Below, piece after piece: positions 9,783-18,171 of a stretch of 32,000 nucleotides of DNA. The DNA comes from Vibrio algivorus. GTDB taxonomy: Bacteria > Pseudomonadota > Gammaproteobacteria > Enterobacterales > Vibrionaceae. The stretch lies in assembly GCA_002218005.2 (NCBI GenBank), contig AP018679.1; one strand, 5' to 3'. The position numbers were made by a program, and so were the translations under genes. Every line of letters begins with the position of its first letter. Within the stretch, counting starts at the first letter, position 1. Below the pieces are notes generated by a model. It did no database searches and was not told the DNA's origin. It worked only from the letters and a program-made list of their open reading frames with translations.

Positions 9783-10775
9783 TTATTGGGCAGGCTCTGA
9801 TTGAGTTTGGTTACTCAAACTCCAGACATAAGCACCAACAAGGTGAACTTTATCATCACCTAAGATATTACTCCAAGCAGGCATCACACCTTGACGACCA
9901 TACTGAACAGATTCAGTGACATCTGCGCGAGAATCGCCAAACAGCCAATCATTATCCGTCAGATCCGGTGCACCAAATGCTGGGTTACCTTTGCCGTCAG
10001 TACCATGACAAGCCGCACAAGCTGCAAAGCGTACTTTACCAGCTGCAGCTTCACGTGAGTTAACTTTACGTCCAGATAAGCTCAATACATAACTTACTAC
10101 TTCACGTACACCATCATCACCAAATGTTTCTCCCCATGCAGGCATCGCACCTACACGACCATGGCGAATAGTAGTTAAGATAGCCTCAGGCTCACCACCG
10201 TACAACCAAGCATCGTCGGTTAAATTAGGGAAACCTTTGAAACCACGAGCATCAGATCCATGACACTGAGAACAATTTTGCAAAAATAAATTTTGTCCTA
10301 CGCGTAAGGCGTCTGGATCTGAAGCAATTTCAGGTAATGTACGGTATGCAGTACCTTCAGAGTTATAAGCTAGGCGCTTAAACGACTCACCGTAAAATTT
10401 ATCGGCATCATCTAACTCTTTTGCATATTGATCTAACTGCTGATTATCTTGTGAAGCTTTAATTGATGCTTCCATTTCTTCAACAGATTTAACTTGCTGC
10501 GCAGAGCTCGTCCAACCTAGAAGGCCAGGGTAATTACCTAAACCTGGGAACAAAGCTAAATAAACAGCAGCAAAGATAAATGTTGAGAAGAATAAGTAAG
10601 TCCACCATTTTGGAAGTGGGTTGTTTAGCTCACGAATACCATCGTATTCATGCCCCATATCCGCACCTTCTTCTACGCCCATTTTATCTTTTAGACACCA
10701 GATTAAAATAGCCGCAATACCAAAGATTGTGCCCAGTGTAATTACGGTAATCCAAACACTCCAGAATGTAGTCAT
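9783..10775 (-). CDS. ccoP: cbb3-type cytochrome c oxidase subunit III, dihaem CcoP
   Basis: N-terminal TM helix and two haem-c motifs, CSQCHG and CAACHG. Confidence 0.93.
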   Translation of the reverse strand: MTTFWSVWITVITLGTIFGIAAILIWCLKDKMGVEEGADMGHEYDGIRELNNPLPKWWTYLFFSTFIFAAVYLALFPGLGNYPGLLGWTSSAQQVKSVEEMEASIKASQDNQQLDQYAKELDDADKFYGESFKRLAYNSEGTAYRTLPEIASDPDALRVGQNLFLQNCSQCHGSDARGFKGFPNLTDDAWLYGGEPEAILTTIRHGRVGAMPAWGETFGDDGVREVVSYVLSLSGRKVNSREAAAGKVRFAACAACHGTDGKGNPAFGAPDLTDNDWLFGDSRADVTESVQYGRQGVMPAWSNILGDDKVHLVGAYVWSLSNQTQSEPAQ

Positions 10776-10954
10776 TACTGCATTCCTCCCTGTTTTTTAT
10801 CGGATTCAACTGGCGGCTCATCATCAAAGATGATATTCGCAGCTTCATCAAAACGAGACTGGCGGCTTTTGCTTCCATAAGCCCACCATACAACACCACA
10901 AAAGCTGATGAATAAAACAAGGGTCCAGATACTATGAACGGTTACGATATCCAT
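10775..10954 (-). CDS. ccoQ: cbb3-type cytochrome c oxidase subunit IV, CcoQ (59 aa; below the ORF-track size cutoff)
   Basis: Hand translation: MDIVTVHSIWTLVLFISFCGVVWWAYGSKSRQSRFDEAANIIFDDEPPVESDKKQGGMQ. There is a GGAGAGAG SD 3 nt upstream, and the stop overlaps the ccoP start (TAATG). It has a single TM helix and sits in the classic position between ccoO and ccoP. Confidence 0.85.
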   Translation of the reverse strand: MDIVTVHSIWTLVLFISFCGVVWWAYGSKSRQSRFDEAANIIFDDEPPVESDKKQGGMQ

Positions 10955-10964
10955 ATCTCTCTCC

Positions 10965-11588
10965 TTATTTCATCGAGTGGCCAAGCGATTGAAGATAGGC
11001 AACTAAAGCATCTAACTCTGTTTTGCCTTCAACATCTTTTTTCGCATTAGCAACTTGCTCATCAGTGTACGGCACGCCGAAATCATCACGGAACAACTCA
11101 AGTTTTTGTTGAGTATATTCGCCGGTTAGTTTGTTTTCTGCCAACCACGGATAGCCCGGCATGATCGATTCTGGCACCACTTCACGAGGGTCGATTAAAT
11201 GGACACGATGCCATTCATCAGAATAACGTCCACCTACGCGAGCAAGGTCAGGGCCAGTACGCTTAGAGCCCCATAAGAAAGGATGTTCCCATACTGACTC
11301 ACCTGCAACAGAGTAGTGACCATAACGCTCAGTTTCCGAACGGAATGGACGAATCATCTGACTGTGACAAACACTACAACCTTCACGGATGTAGATATCG
11401 CGTCCTTCCATTTCAAGCGCTGAATATACTTTTAAATCTTCAACTGGCTCAGTCGTTTGCTTTTGGAATATTAGCGGAGTGATCTCAACTAATGCGCCTA
11501 AGCTAATACCAAAAACCATTAAAATTGCCAATAGACCGACGTTCTTCTCGACTATTGAATGGCGATTCTTATTCGAACTCATATTCAT
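10965..11588 (-). CDS. ccoO: cbb3-type cytochrome c oxidase subunit II, monohaem CcoO
   Basis: N-terminal TM helix, a single CSVCHS haem motif, 207 aa. Confidence 0.93.
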   Translation of the reverse strand: MNMSSNKNRHSIVEKNVGLLAILMVFGISLGALVEITPLIFQKQTTEPVEDLKVYSALEMEGRDIYIREGCSVCHSQMIRPFRSETERYGHYSVAGESVWEHPFLWGSKRTGPDLARVGGRYSDEWHRVHLIDPREVVPESIMPGYPWLAENKLTGEYTQQKLELFRDDFGVPYTDEQVANAKKDVEGKTELDALVAYLQSLGHSMK

Positions 11589-11594
11589 AGCCTC

Positions 11595-13025
11595 CTATAA
11601 AGCCGGTTGAGGAATAGCTTTTAAGCTTTCCTTTGGCGCAGAAATAGTTTTGTATGTGTTGTAAGCCATCAACAACATACCAGATACAATGATCACACCA
11701 CCAATAAAACGAACTAAGTAGAATGGGTGAGAAGCTTCAACTGTTTCAACAAAGCTATAAGTTAATGTGCCATCAGCATTAACTGCACGCCACATCAAAC
11801 CTTGCATTACACCTGAAATCCACATAGCCACGATATACAGCACGGTGCCGATAGTCGCAAGCCAGAAGTGAACATTGATAAGTTTGATTGAGTACATACG
11901 CTCTTGACCAAATAACTTAGGAATCAAGTGGTATAGAGAACCAATGGTAACCATTGCAACCCAGCCTAATGCACCTGAATGCACGTGACCAATTGTCCAG
12001 TCAGTATAGTGAGATAACGCATTAACCGTCTTAATAGCCATCATTGGGCCTTCAAAGGTAGACATACCGTAGAAAGACAGTGAAACAATCAAGAAGCGTA
12101 GAATTGGATCGTAACGCAGTTTATGCCAAGCACCAGATAACGTCATAATACCGTTGATCATACCGCCCCAAGAAGGAACAAATAAGATCACAGACATCAC
12201 CATACCTAATGACTGAGTCCAGTCAGGTAAAGCAGTGTAATGAAGGTGGTGTGGACCGGCCCAAATATAAAGGGAAATTAAACCCCAGAAGTGCACGATC
12301 GATAAACGGTAAGAATAAACTGGGCGCTCAGCTTGTTTTGGTACAAAGTAATACATCATACCCAAAAAGCCTGCAGTTAATAAGAAACCAACTGCATTAT
12401 GTCCATACCACCATTGAACCATGGCATCGACAGCACCAGAATAAATCGAATAAGATTTACCTAATGAAACTGGAATAGCCATACTATTCACGATATGCAG
12501 TACCGCAACAGTTAGTATAAAACCGCCAAAGAACCAGTTAGCAACATAAATATGGGATGTATTTCTTTTGATTAAAGTACCAAAGAAAACAATTGCATAA
12601 GCAACCCAAACAATCGCAATGGCGATATCAATAGGCCACTCTAGTTCTGCATATTCTTTACTGGTTGTATAGCCCAAAGGTAGTGAGATCACGGCGGCCA
12701 AAATAATGGCTTGCCAACCCCAAAATGTAAACGGAACTAACAAACCACCGAATAGGCGAGTTTTACACGTTCTTTGTACAACATAATAAGAACATGCGAA
12801 TAGGGCACTTGTACCAAACGCAAATATTACCGCATTTGTATGTAATGGACGTAAACGGCTGTACGTCAACCACGGCGTATCAAAGTTAAGCTGTGGCCAA
12901 ACTAATTGAGCGGCAATTAATACACCCACACTCATACCAACAATACCCCAAAGTATGGTAACCAGGGTGAATTGACGTACGACTGTGTAGTTATAATTAT
13001 GCTCAAGCTGATGTTCTTGGCTCAT
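11595..13025 (-). CDS. ccoN: cbb3-type cytochrome c oxidase catalytic subunit I, CcoN
   Basis: Twelve or more TM helices and conserved His ligands (for example [23 protein letters not shown]). I prefer the ATG at 13025 (GGAAG 8 nt upstream) over the ORF-track TTG at 13040. Confidence 0.93.
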   Translation of the reverse strand: MSQEHQLEHNYNYTVVRQFTLVTILWGIVGMSVGVLIAAQLVWPQLNFDTPWLTYSRLRPLHTNAVIFAFGTSALFACSYYVVQRTCKTRLFGGLLVPFTFWGWQAIILAAVISLPLGYTTSKEYAELEWPIDIAIAIVWVAYAIVFFGTLIKRNTSHIYVANWFFGGFILTVAVLHIVNSMAIPVSLGKSYSIYSGAVDAMVQWWYGHNAVGFLLTAGFLGMMYYFVPKQAERPVYSYRLSIVHFWGLISLYIWAGPHHLHYTALPDWTQSLGMVMSVILFVPSWGGMINGIMTLSGAWHKLRYDPILRFLIVSLSFYGMSTFEGPMMAIKTVNALSHYTDWTIGHVHSGALGWVAMVTIGSLYHLIPKLFGQERMYSIKLINVHFWLATIGTVLYIVAMWISGVMQGLMWRAVNADGTLTYSFVETVEASHPFYLVRFIGGVIIVSGMLLMAYNTYKTISAPKESLKAIPQPAL

Positions 13026-13244
13026 CTTGAATGCTTCCAATATTATAATTAACTACATAGCATCAACACGAAAATAGTGTTGTAATGTCACCCAAACACA
13101 TATCATCAACTGATTAAAAATAAGTCGATAACAATGGTTTTCAATAAAAGTAACATTTTCGTTGCCTACTATACCTGACATGCGAACAGGTTATATAGGT
13201 AAATTAGTAAAAATTTGAAGTAAGTTGCATAGGATAAAGTTGTA

Positions 13245-13658
13245 ATGGCAGCAGAGAAACTCACCAAAGCAAGACTTGTACAAATACTCATCATATTCAG
13301 TGTATTAGCCACTGCATTTACGTGGCGAACATTTCAACACCAACCACAGAAAAAAACTGATACGGTATGCCAAATAGACCAAAGTTGTACAATAAAAGTC
13401 GATGATATAGAGCTTTCAATACTCTTTGAAAGAGAAACTGATGATTTGCTTACGATCTCTGTTCAATTAATTGATAGTAAAAAGAAAACACAGTTACAGG
13501 ACTTGGCTTTAAATTCTTATGTCATACTTGATAATAAAAATCATCAACTAGAACAACGAATGAACATCAAAACGGGGTTAGACATAGATAACTCACGTTG
13601 GTCGATTTCGACACTAAATGGAGATATACACTGGATAACTTTAAACATTCACAATTGA
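13245..13658 (+). CDS. hypothetical membrane-anchored protein
   Basis: 137-aa ORF divergent from ccoN, with one N-terminal TM helix (LVQILIIFSVLATAFTW). I recognised no family motif. Confidence 0.45.
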   Translation: MAAEKLTKARLVQILIIFSVLATAFTWRTFQHQPQKKTDTVCQIDQSCTIKVDDIELSILFERETDDLLTISVQLIDSKKKTQLQDLALNSYVILDNKNHQLEQRMNIKTGLDIDNSRWSISTLNGDIHWITLNIHN

Positions 13659-13808
13659 TTTATCTCGAAACATCATTGAGATTGAAAACGAGCATATAAT
13701 GATATCTGTTTGGTATACAAAAGGGGCCATTTAGTTAATCATCCTAAAAATACAAAATAAGGCACTTGATAAAACAATCATGGAAAATTCCACATACAGC
13801 CACATTTC

Positions 13809-13836
13809 ATTTAACATAATATACGTAATGCGCACT
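13809..13836. other. dif: dif, the 28-bp XerCD chromosome dimer resolution site (host XerD arm and 6-bp central region joined to a phage-derived XerC arm)
   Basis: ATTTAACATAA TATACG TAATGCGCACT. Its reverse complement, AGTGCGCATTA CGTATA TTATGTTAAAT, is near-identical to E. coli and V. cholerae dif as I remember them. It lies exactly at the left prophage boundary. Confidence 0.9.
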
Positions 13837-13837
13837 A

Positions 13838-15274
13838 TTAGATTGGTAAAATTGCATCCATATTGGGTAAGTCATTTCTCGATTTATTTGGTTGCATTGA
13901 ATTAGCCAGGTCTGTGATTGGATTGTTAACCTGGTCGCCAAAATCATTTGGTGTTTTTCTCATGTCACACGTCAGGAACTTACGAACGCCAGCTGTATTC
14001 ATTTCAACTAAACAATAATCTAAAACCTTAAATTGATAACCCATCTTTTCTAGCATTGAGTTATAAACATAAGATTCAGAGCCATCAGTCATTGTTTGTT
14101 TAAATACGATTGTTGGTATCACTTTTGTATCTGTTATTTTCAAACTGATGCCGCCTACATATACATTGGTAACATCAAATGGCCAAAGTTCAGGAACAGT
14201 GTTTACGCTGCGATTATTAAAAAACGGCTCACCACTCTCAGACAAAAGGCGACTATCATGAACATCATCAATCTGTACATTACGTATCTTAGAATCGGTT
14301 TTATCCATTGGTAAAACTTGGTTATTGGTTTGGCCAGTTTGGTTAACGGTTTGATTAGAATTGATATCCTGTGTTGAATCATCAGAATTATAACGTTGAT
14401 ACGCATCGATGCCCCCATAAATGACATAAAGAATTGAACAAAGCCCTAGCAACATTACTAAGACAAATTTGAAATTTGATAATGGACTAGAAGCAAGTCC
14501 TGATTTTGTTGTTTTGCCCGTTACTGTTGATTTATAAAGAAGATGAACCGCAAGAGGAACTTTAACCCGTCTACACTCTTCAGGCTTTGGACTGTTAAAG
14601 CTCGTTGCGTTTGGGTCATGTTCATACAATCTAGGTTTGCGCTTTGTGAAAAAAAACGAATCTTTAGATTTATGATGTATGGCAACCTCAGCACATGAAC
14701 GAACTTCAGTAGATAACTTTTTAATATTGGGTGTAACGAAAGTAATATCCCAGTTAAAGTGACGGTGTCTTGATATCGATTCTTCAAACGTTGGAGGTAA
14801 TCGAATGAGCCCATTATCATCAAATAAAGTTTCCCCTGAATCATCAATATCAATAGTTGATTCATCTGGTTTATAAGCCTCTAAAACACGGTTATAAAAA
14901 TCTGGATACCAGTCAGGCAAACCCTCTTTAAACTTTTCCAAACCTTGATATGTATTCTTAGCCATATCAAAGCCGACCGTTTTAGAATATATGTCCTGAC
15001 ATTCATCAATGATCATATAAGCGCCCATAGGCATCCAGTTGTAGAAGTTCTGCCACATATAACGGCCAGATTCAGTAAGCGAATAGATTTTTATAATTTT
15101 GGCTGATGGTGGAAATCGCTCACCTAGACGTTTTTCAATAGTTTCAACACTTTCCATACCTTGTATGTTTGTGACAACAACACGACCATTTCTAAGCGCA
15201 GGTAGTAAATCAAACCATACAGCGGTAGCTGACTTGTAAGAACCATTGGCACCATGACGAATTTTAACAGCCAT
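13838..15274 (-). CDS. Zot/pI-family phage assembly ATPase (gene I equivalent)
   Basis: Walker A-like GANGSYKS, Walker B MIIDEC, and WDITFVTP (compare Ff pI WDIIFLVQ). A central TM helix (FKFVLVMLLGLCSILYVIYGGI) is followed by an approximately 190-aa periplasmic C-terminal part. The stop codon lies 1 nt from the XerC arm. Confidence 0.88.
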   Translation of the reverse strand: MAVKIRHGANGSYKSATAVWFDLLPALRNGRVVVTNIQGMESVETIEKRLGERFPPSAKIIKIYSLTESGRYMWQNFYNWMPMGAYMIIDECQDIYSKTVGFDMAKNTYQGLEKFKEGLPDWYPDFYNRVLEAYKPDESTIDIDDSGETLFDDNGLIRLPPTFEESISRHRHFNWDITFVTPNIKKLSTEVRSCAEVAIHHKSKDSFFFTKRKPRLYEHDPNATSFNSPKPEECRRVKVPLAVHLLYKSTVTGKTTKSGLASSPLSNFKFVLVMLLGLCSILYVIYGGIDAYQRYNSDDSTQDINSNQTVNQTGQTNNQVLPMDKTDSKIRNVQIDDVHDSRLLSESGEPFFNNRSVNTVPELWPFDVTNVYVGGISLKITDTKVIPTIVFKQTMTDGSESYVYNSMLEKMGYQFKVLDYCLVEMNTAGVRKFLTCDMRKTPNDFGDQVNNPITDLANSMQPNKSRNDLPNMDAILPI

Positions 15275-15276
15275 AA

Positions 15277-15684
15277 TTAAGACCCCATGAAATCTAGAAC
15301 AAATCGAGTAACCATTGCTTCAACGATTCGGGTTAAACCAACAAAAATTCCATATTGATTCATCAAGCCTTTTTGCTGTGTTGAAAGACCTGAAAAAGCA
15401 TCATTAAGAAGTGAATCGAGGGAAAGATTTTGCATAAGTGAAATAGCTACACCATAAGCAAATTGAATAGATTCAAGCTGTAATTTGAGCTTAATAATCA
15501 CGCAATATTCAATGATGTAAGCGAACATTTGTTGAAAAAATGTAGGGGCATAACTGAAAAAATCACCAACATAATCCCCAATATCAACAAAATAACCAAT
15601 GATTGAGTTTTCTTCTTCTGGAGTAGCTGCATAAGTGCCAGACGAAAAAAACAAAAGTAAAAACGGAATAAAAAGGATCTTCAT
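15277..15684 (-). CDS. minor coat protein, gene VI positional equivalent (hydrophobic)
   Basis: 135-aa hydrophobic protein between the gIII-like and gI-like genes, separated by only 1-2 nt intergenic gaps. The assignment rests on position and hydrophobicity only. Confidence 0.6.
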   Translation of the reverse strand: MKILFIPFLLLFFSSGTYAATPEEENSIIGYFVDIGDYVGDFFSYAPTFFQQMFAYIIEYCVIIKLKLQLESIQFAYGVAISLMQNLSLDSLLNDAFSGLSTQQKGLMNQYGIFVGLTRIVEAMVTRFVLDFMGS

Positions 15685-15685
15685 C

Positions 15686-17089
15686 TTATCGTCTCCTTAC
15701 GATAATAATTGAAAAGGCAACCAGTGAACAAAGAGCAATGATTGCGGTAGAAATTAAGCTTGAATTATCAGACCAATATGAATTAGAAGTGCTAACAGTC
15801 CCCCATCTACCAGATAGAGTTATATTTTCATCAGAATAAGAACCTCCAGAGAAAGACGGAGCAATGTTTAAGTCAGTTTTAAACTGATTTATTTTGTCTT
15901 GAATCTGTTGAGTTAAATCATCTTTTTTCTGAGATAACTCGGCGAACTTTGAAGAATCAAAGACAGTAGAAAAATGATTCGATTGGGTGAAGTCCGGCAA
16001 ATCTCCAAACGGTGTTTTATTACAGTCTGGGTATTCTGGATTTTTATCACAAAATGATTTATTCATTTCATTTTCTATATTGTCTAAGTGCTTATTGGTT
16101 TGCGTAGTTCCTGAGAGTTGTTGACCAAGTTTCTTATTGATTTCTGTCTGTTGACCAAGTTGAGCTTTATAAAGTTTATTGTTCTGGTCAGATTTGGAAT
16201 CATAATTAGTAATAAACTCTTTCATTTTATGATTCATATTTTCAAGGTGTTGATTGGTAATAACCGCTTCTTTGTAAAGTGCATTATCCCCCTCGGTTAA
16301 ATTTGGGTTATCGCTAAGACTTGATGAATCTGGATTTTGATTAGGGTCATCCGTGAAAGGTGTATCAGAGTTATTACATAAATCGATACCTAATTCACAA
16401 GGATTAGGGTTTGAATTTAAATCATCAGGATTAGTAGATTCTTCTGGAATTTCTTCAGGCGGTGTTTCTGGAGGTAAAGCACACTCTTCATTTTCAGGAT
16501 TACAAATAGGTGTTTCTGGATTAGTTTCAGATTCACAAGTTAAACCCTGTATGCAATCTTTTTTATCATAATTACATGAAGTACTAACATCAGGTGAATT
16601 ATTTGACTCATTATCAACACAAGACCAATTAAAAACAGTTTCATAAAAAGAACTATTAGGATTGTTTAATTGACATGAATATTGTTCATTTTGAAATTGT
16701 TTTTGAATAGATGAATCGGAACAAAAAGTTGGTTCAATCTGACATCGACCATCAGAAGTTTCAACTGGATGAGTAGCAGGACAACCAGAAAAAGGAGAAA
16801 AAGAACCGTCATAGGCTGCTATTCTCACATTAGCAGAAGTAGCTTTGCACCAAATGCCATTCGAAACAACTTGAGGATTATCCAAACAAAGTTCTGTATC
16901 AAGTGAAGATAAATAGGGTAAACATAATGAATGTGGTTTGGATGAAAGATAAGTATCAAAATAAACAGGTTCACTTTTATAAAACGTACAACGGGCTTTT
17001 AAAATTACTTTATCAACTGTTTCAGCCTTAACGGGAATCGTATAAATATTAGAAAATACAAAAACGAAAAATAATAAAATCCATTTCAT
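15686..17089 (-). CDS. pIII-like minor coat / host-adsorption protein
   Basis: Signal peptide, a Cys-rich N-terminal domain, a Pro/Glu/Asn/Asp-rich low-complexity linker, and a C-terminal TM anchor ending in RRR (LISTAIIALCSLVAFSIIIVRRR). It occupies the gene III position. Confidence 0.8.
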   Translation of the reverse strand: MKWILLFFVFVFSNIYTIPVKAETVDKVILKARCTFYKSEPVYFDTYLSSKPHSLCLPYLSSLDTELCLDNPQVVSNGIWCKATSANVRIAAYDGSFSPFSGCPATHPVETSDGRCQIEPTFCSDSSIQKQFQNEQYSCQLNNPNSSFYETVFNWSCVDNESNNSPDVSTSCNYDKKDCIQGLTCESETNPETPICNPENEECALPPETPPEEIPEESTNPDDLNSNPNPCELGIDLCNNSDTPFTDDPNQNPDSSSLSDNPNLTEGDNALYKEAVITNQHLENMNHKMKEFITNYDSKSDQNNKLYKAQLGQQTEINKKLGQQLSGTTQTNKHLDNIENEMNKSFCDKNPEYPDCNKTPFGDLPDFTQSNHFSTVFDSSKFAELSQKKDDLTQQIQDKINQFKTDLNIAPSFSGGSYSDENITLSGRWGTVSTSNSYWSDNSSLISTAIIALCSLVAFSIIIVRRR

Positions 17090-17095
17090 AAGATC

Positions 17096-17119
17096 AAAAA
17101 AAGGGGCAATTAAGCCCCC
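17096..17119 (-). terminator. rho-independent terminator between the coat-gene block and the gIII-like gene
   Basis: The minus strand reads GGGGC TTAATT GCCCC followed by T7. This corresponds to the Ff terminator after gene VIII. Confidence 0.7.
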
Positions 17120-17136
17120 TCTCCTATAGTTAAAAA

Positions 17137-17229
17137 TTAATGTGTTTGAATGCCTGAAACAAAACCATAAATAAAGCTCATGGAGGATGAGATACCAAAA
17201 ATGATTTCTACAGGCATTGACCCCATCAT
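17137..17229 (-). CDS. 30-aa hydrophobic protein (candidate pVII/pIX-like minor coat protein; below the ORF-track cutoff)
   Basis: Hand translation: MMGSMPVEIIFGISSSMSFIYGFVSGIQTH. The ATG abuts the gVIII stop (TAAATG) and the ORF is followed by the terminator. Size and hydrophobicity resemble Ff pVII/pIX. Confidence 0.45.
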   Translation of the reverse strand: MMGSMPVEIIFGISSSMSFIYGFVSGIQTH

Positions 17230-17442
17230 TTACTTATTTAACCAACGAATAAGAAGACCCGCACCAAAGCCGATTGCAGCAACCGAAATAACGCCAGCAA
17301 CTACAAGAGTATAGTTTGCAGAAGAATCTGTAACCGCAGCATTAATATCAGTAGCGTAATCAGCAGCGAACGCAGTAGATGAAGCAGCAATAGAAGAAAC
17401 TACAGCACCAGTTTTTAGAGCAATGTTTTTAAAAGTTTTCAT
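17230..17442 (-). CDS. major coat protein (pVIII-type)
   Basis: Signal peptide ending AFA/AD. The approximately 44-aa mature part has an acidic N-terminus, a hydrophobic core (LVVAGVISVAAIGFGAGLLI) and a basic C-terminus (RWLNK). Confidence 0.88.
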   Translation of the reverse strand: MKTFKNIALKTGAVVSSIAASSTAFAADYATDINAAVTDSSANYTLVVAGVISVAAIGFGAGLLIRWLNK

Positions 17443-17466
17443 ATCAATATCCTATAAATAAAAAAA

Positions 17467-17670
17467 TTAAAGTTTGCTCATCCATCGTACGACTCGGCCA
17501 GCTCCATGACCAACGACAAACGAAAGTAAAAGATACCCAGAAACTTCCAGATATAGAGCTTTATCAAACACAAGGTTTGTTTGGGGAATGTCAGACGGTT
17601 CAAGCAAAATATAACCCTGACAAGTGTCATAGGTATCAGTTGTGACCTGACCATCTAACAAACATTTCAT
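17467..17670 (-). CDS. small phage protein with a C-terminal TM helix and basic tail (candidate minor coat protein)
   Basis: 67 aa. The C-terminus GYLLLSFVVGHGAGRVVRWMSKL resembles the coat-protein C-terminus. Its start overlaps the upstream stop (ATGA). Confidence 0.6.
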   Translation of the reverse strand: MKCLLDGQVTTDTYDTCQGYILLEPSDIPQTNLVFDKALYLEVSGYLLLSFVVGHGAGRVVRWMSKL

Positions 17671-17861
17671 ATATGACTCTCAAAAATTCCTAGTTCACGA
17701 ACACGCTTTAAATCAAGGACTTCGTTTGAACCGCAATCTTCACAAGAAATATCACCAATTAAAGAGCAGTCATTATCAGACCTAAATAACTGCCAATTGA
17801 TAGAAGATGAATCACAACAAGTACAAACTAAATCATCATCCTTTAAAGCAAATAAAGTCAT
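17667..17861 (-). CDS. Cys-rich 64-aa phage protein (zinc-ribbon-like CxCC...C...CxxC)
   Basis: MTLFALKDDDLVCTCCDSS...CSLIGDISCEDCGS. It is translationally coupled on both sides (TAATG with gV, ATGA with the next gene). Confidence 0.6.
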   Translation of the reverse strand: MTLFALKDDDLVCTCCDSSSINWQLFRSDNDCSLIGDISCEDCGSNEVLDLKRVRELGIFESHI

Positions 17862-18160
17862 TACGAAACCTTACTAAGTTGAGCCTGATTTACAGGAACT
17901 AATTTTAAGTTACGGTCGAACTCTAAGCGGTCGAACTGTCCAACCTTGAAAGAATCTTGGGTAAAATAATATTTACCCTCAGTGTATGCAGGTTGCCCTT
18001 CCTCAAGTGGAAGACGAAACTCAACAGGGAATTTACCGCCAGTATGAGCGTATGCAACTTGAGAATATAATTTCATCGCAGCTCGTTTATCATTTGCAGG
18101 CAGTTCGCGAACGTCTACCACTTCATTTTCTTTAAATACTTCGATAATTAATTGATTCAT
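17861..18160 (-). CDS. ssDNA-binding protein, Ff gene V homologue
   Basis: LEEGQPAYTEGKYYFTQDSFKVGQFDRLEFDRNLKLVP aligns with M13 gpV ...LDEGQPAYAPGLYTVHLSSFKVGQFGSLMIDRLRLVP (from memory). It is located directly after the replication gene. Confidence 0.88.
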   Translation of the reverse strand: MNQLIIEVFKENEVVDVRELPANDKRAAMKLYSQVAYAHTGGKFPVEFRLPLEEGQPAYTEGKYYFTQDSFKVGQFDRLEFDRNLKLVPVNQAQLSKVS

Positions 18161-18171
18161 TTTTTAATTCC

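Noticed and set aside
10684-10920. 78-aa ORF in the ccoO-ccoP gap, and 10621..10833(+)
   Set aside because: They are in the wrong frame or strand relative to the clearly recognisable 59-aa ccoQ, and they overlap ccoP.
13041-13244. Expected FNR/Anr box upstream of ccoN
   Set aside because: There are only isolated ATCAA half-sites (around 13062 and 13104) with poor partner halves, and no TTGAT-N4-ATCAA match. An inverted repeat CAACAC-N7-GTGTTG (about 13064-13082) is present, but I cannot assign it.
14096-14865. ORFs 14096..14314(+), 14203..14427(-) and 14521..14865(-) inside the Zot-like gene, and their copies at +6,313
   Set aside because: They are off-frame or antisense to a well-supported 478-aa gene. 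Their Ile/Leu/Phe-rich, low-complexity translations are typical of AT-rich non-coding frames.
13838-15274. Zot enterotoxin activity (V. cholerae Zot FCIGRL active peptide)
   Set aside because: The motif is absent. The protein is best read as a morphogenesis ATPase, so no toxin claim is made.
16118-16571. Plus-strand ORFs 16118..16300 and 16353..16571 inside the pIII-like gene (and copies), and 19270..19524 antisense to gII
   Set aside because: They are antisense to strongly supported genes and have no SD. The repetitive Ser/Gly translation simply mirrors the low-complexity linker of pIII.
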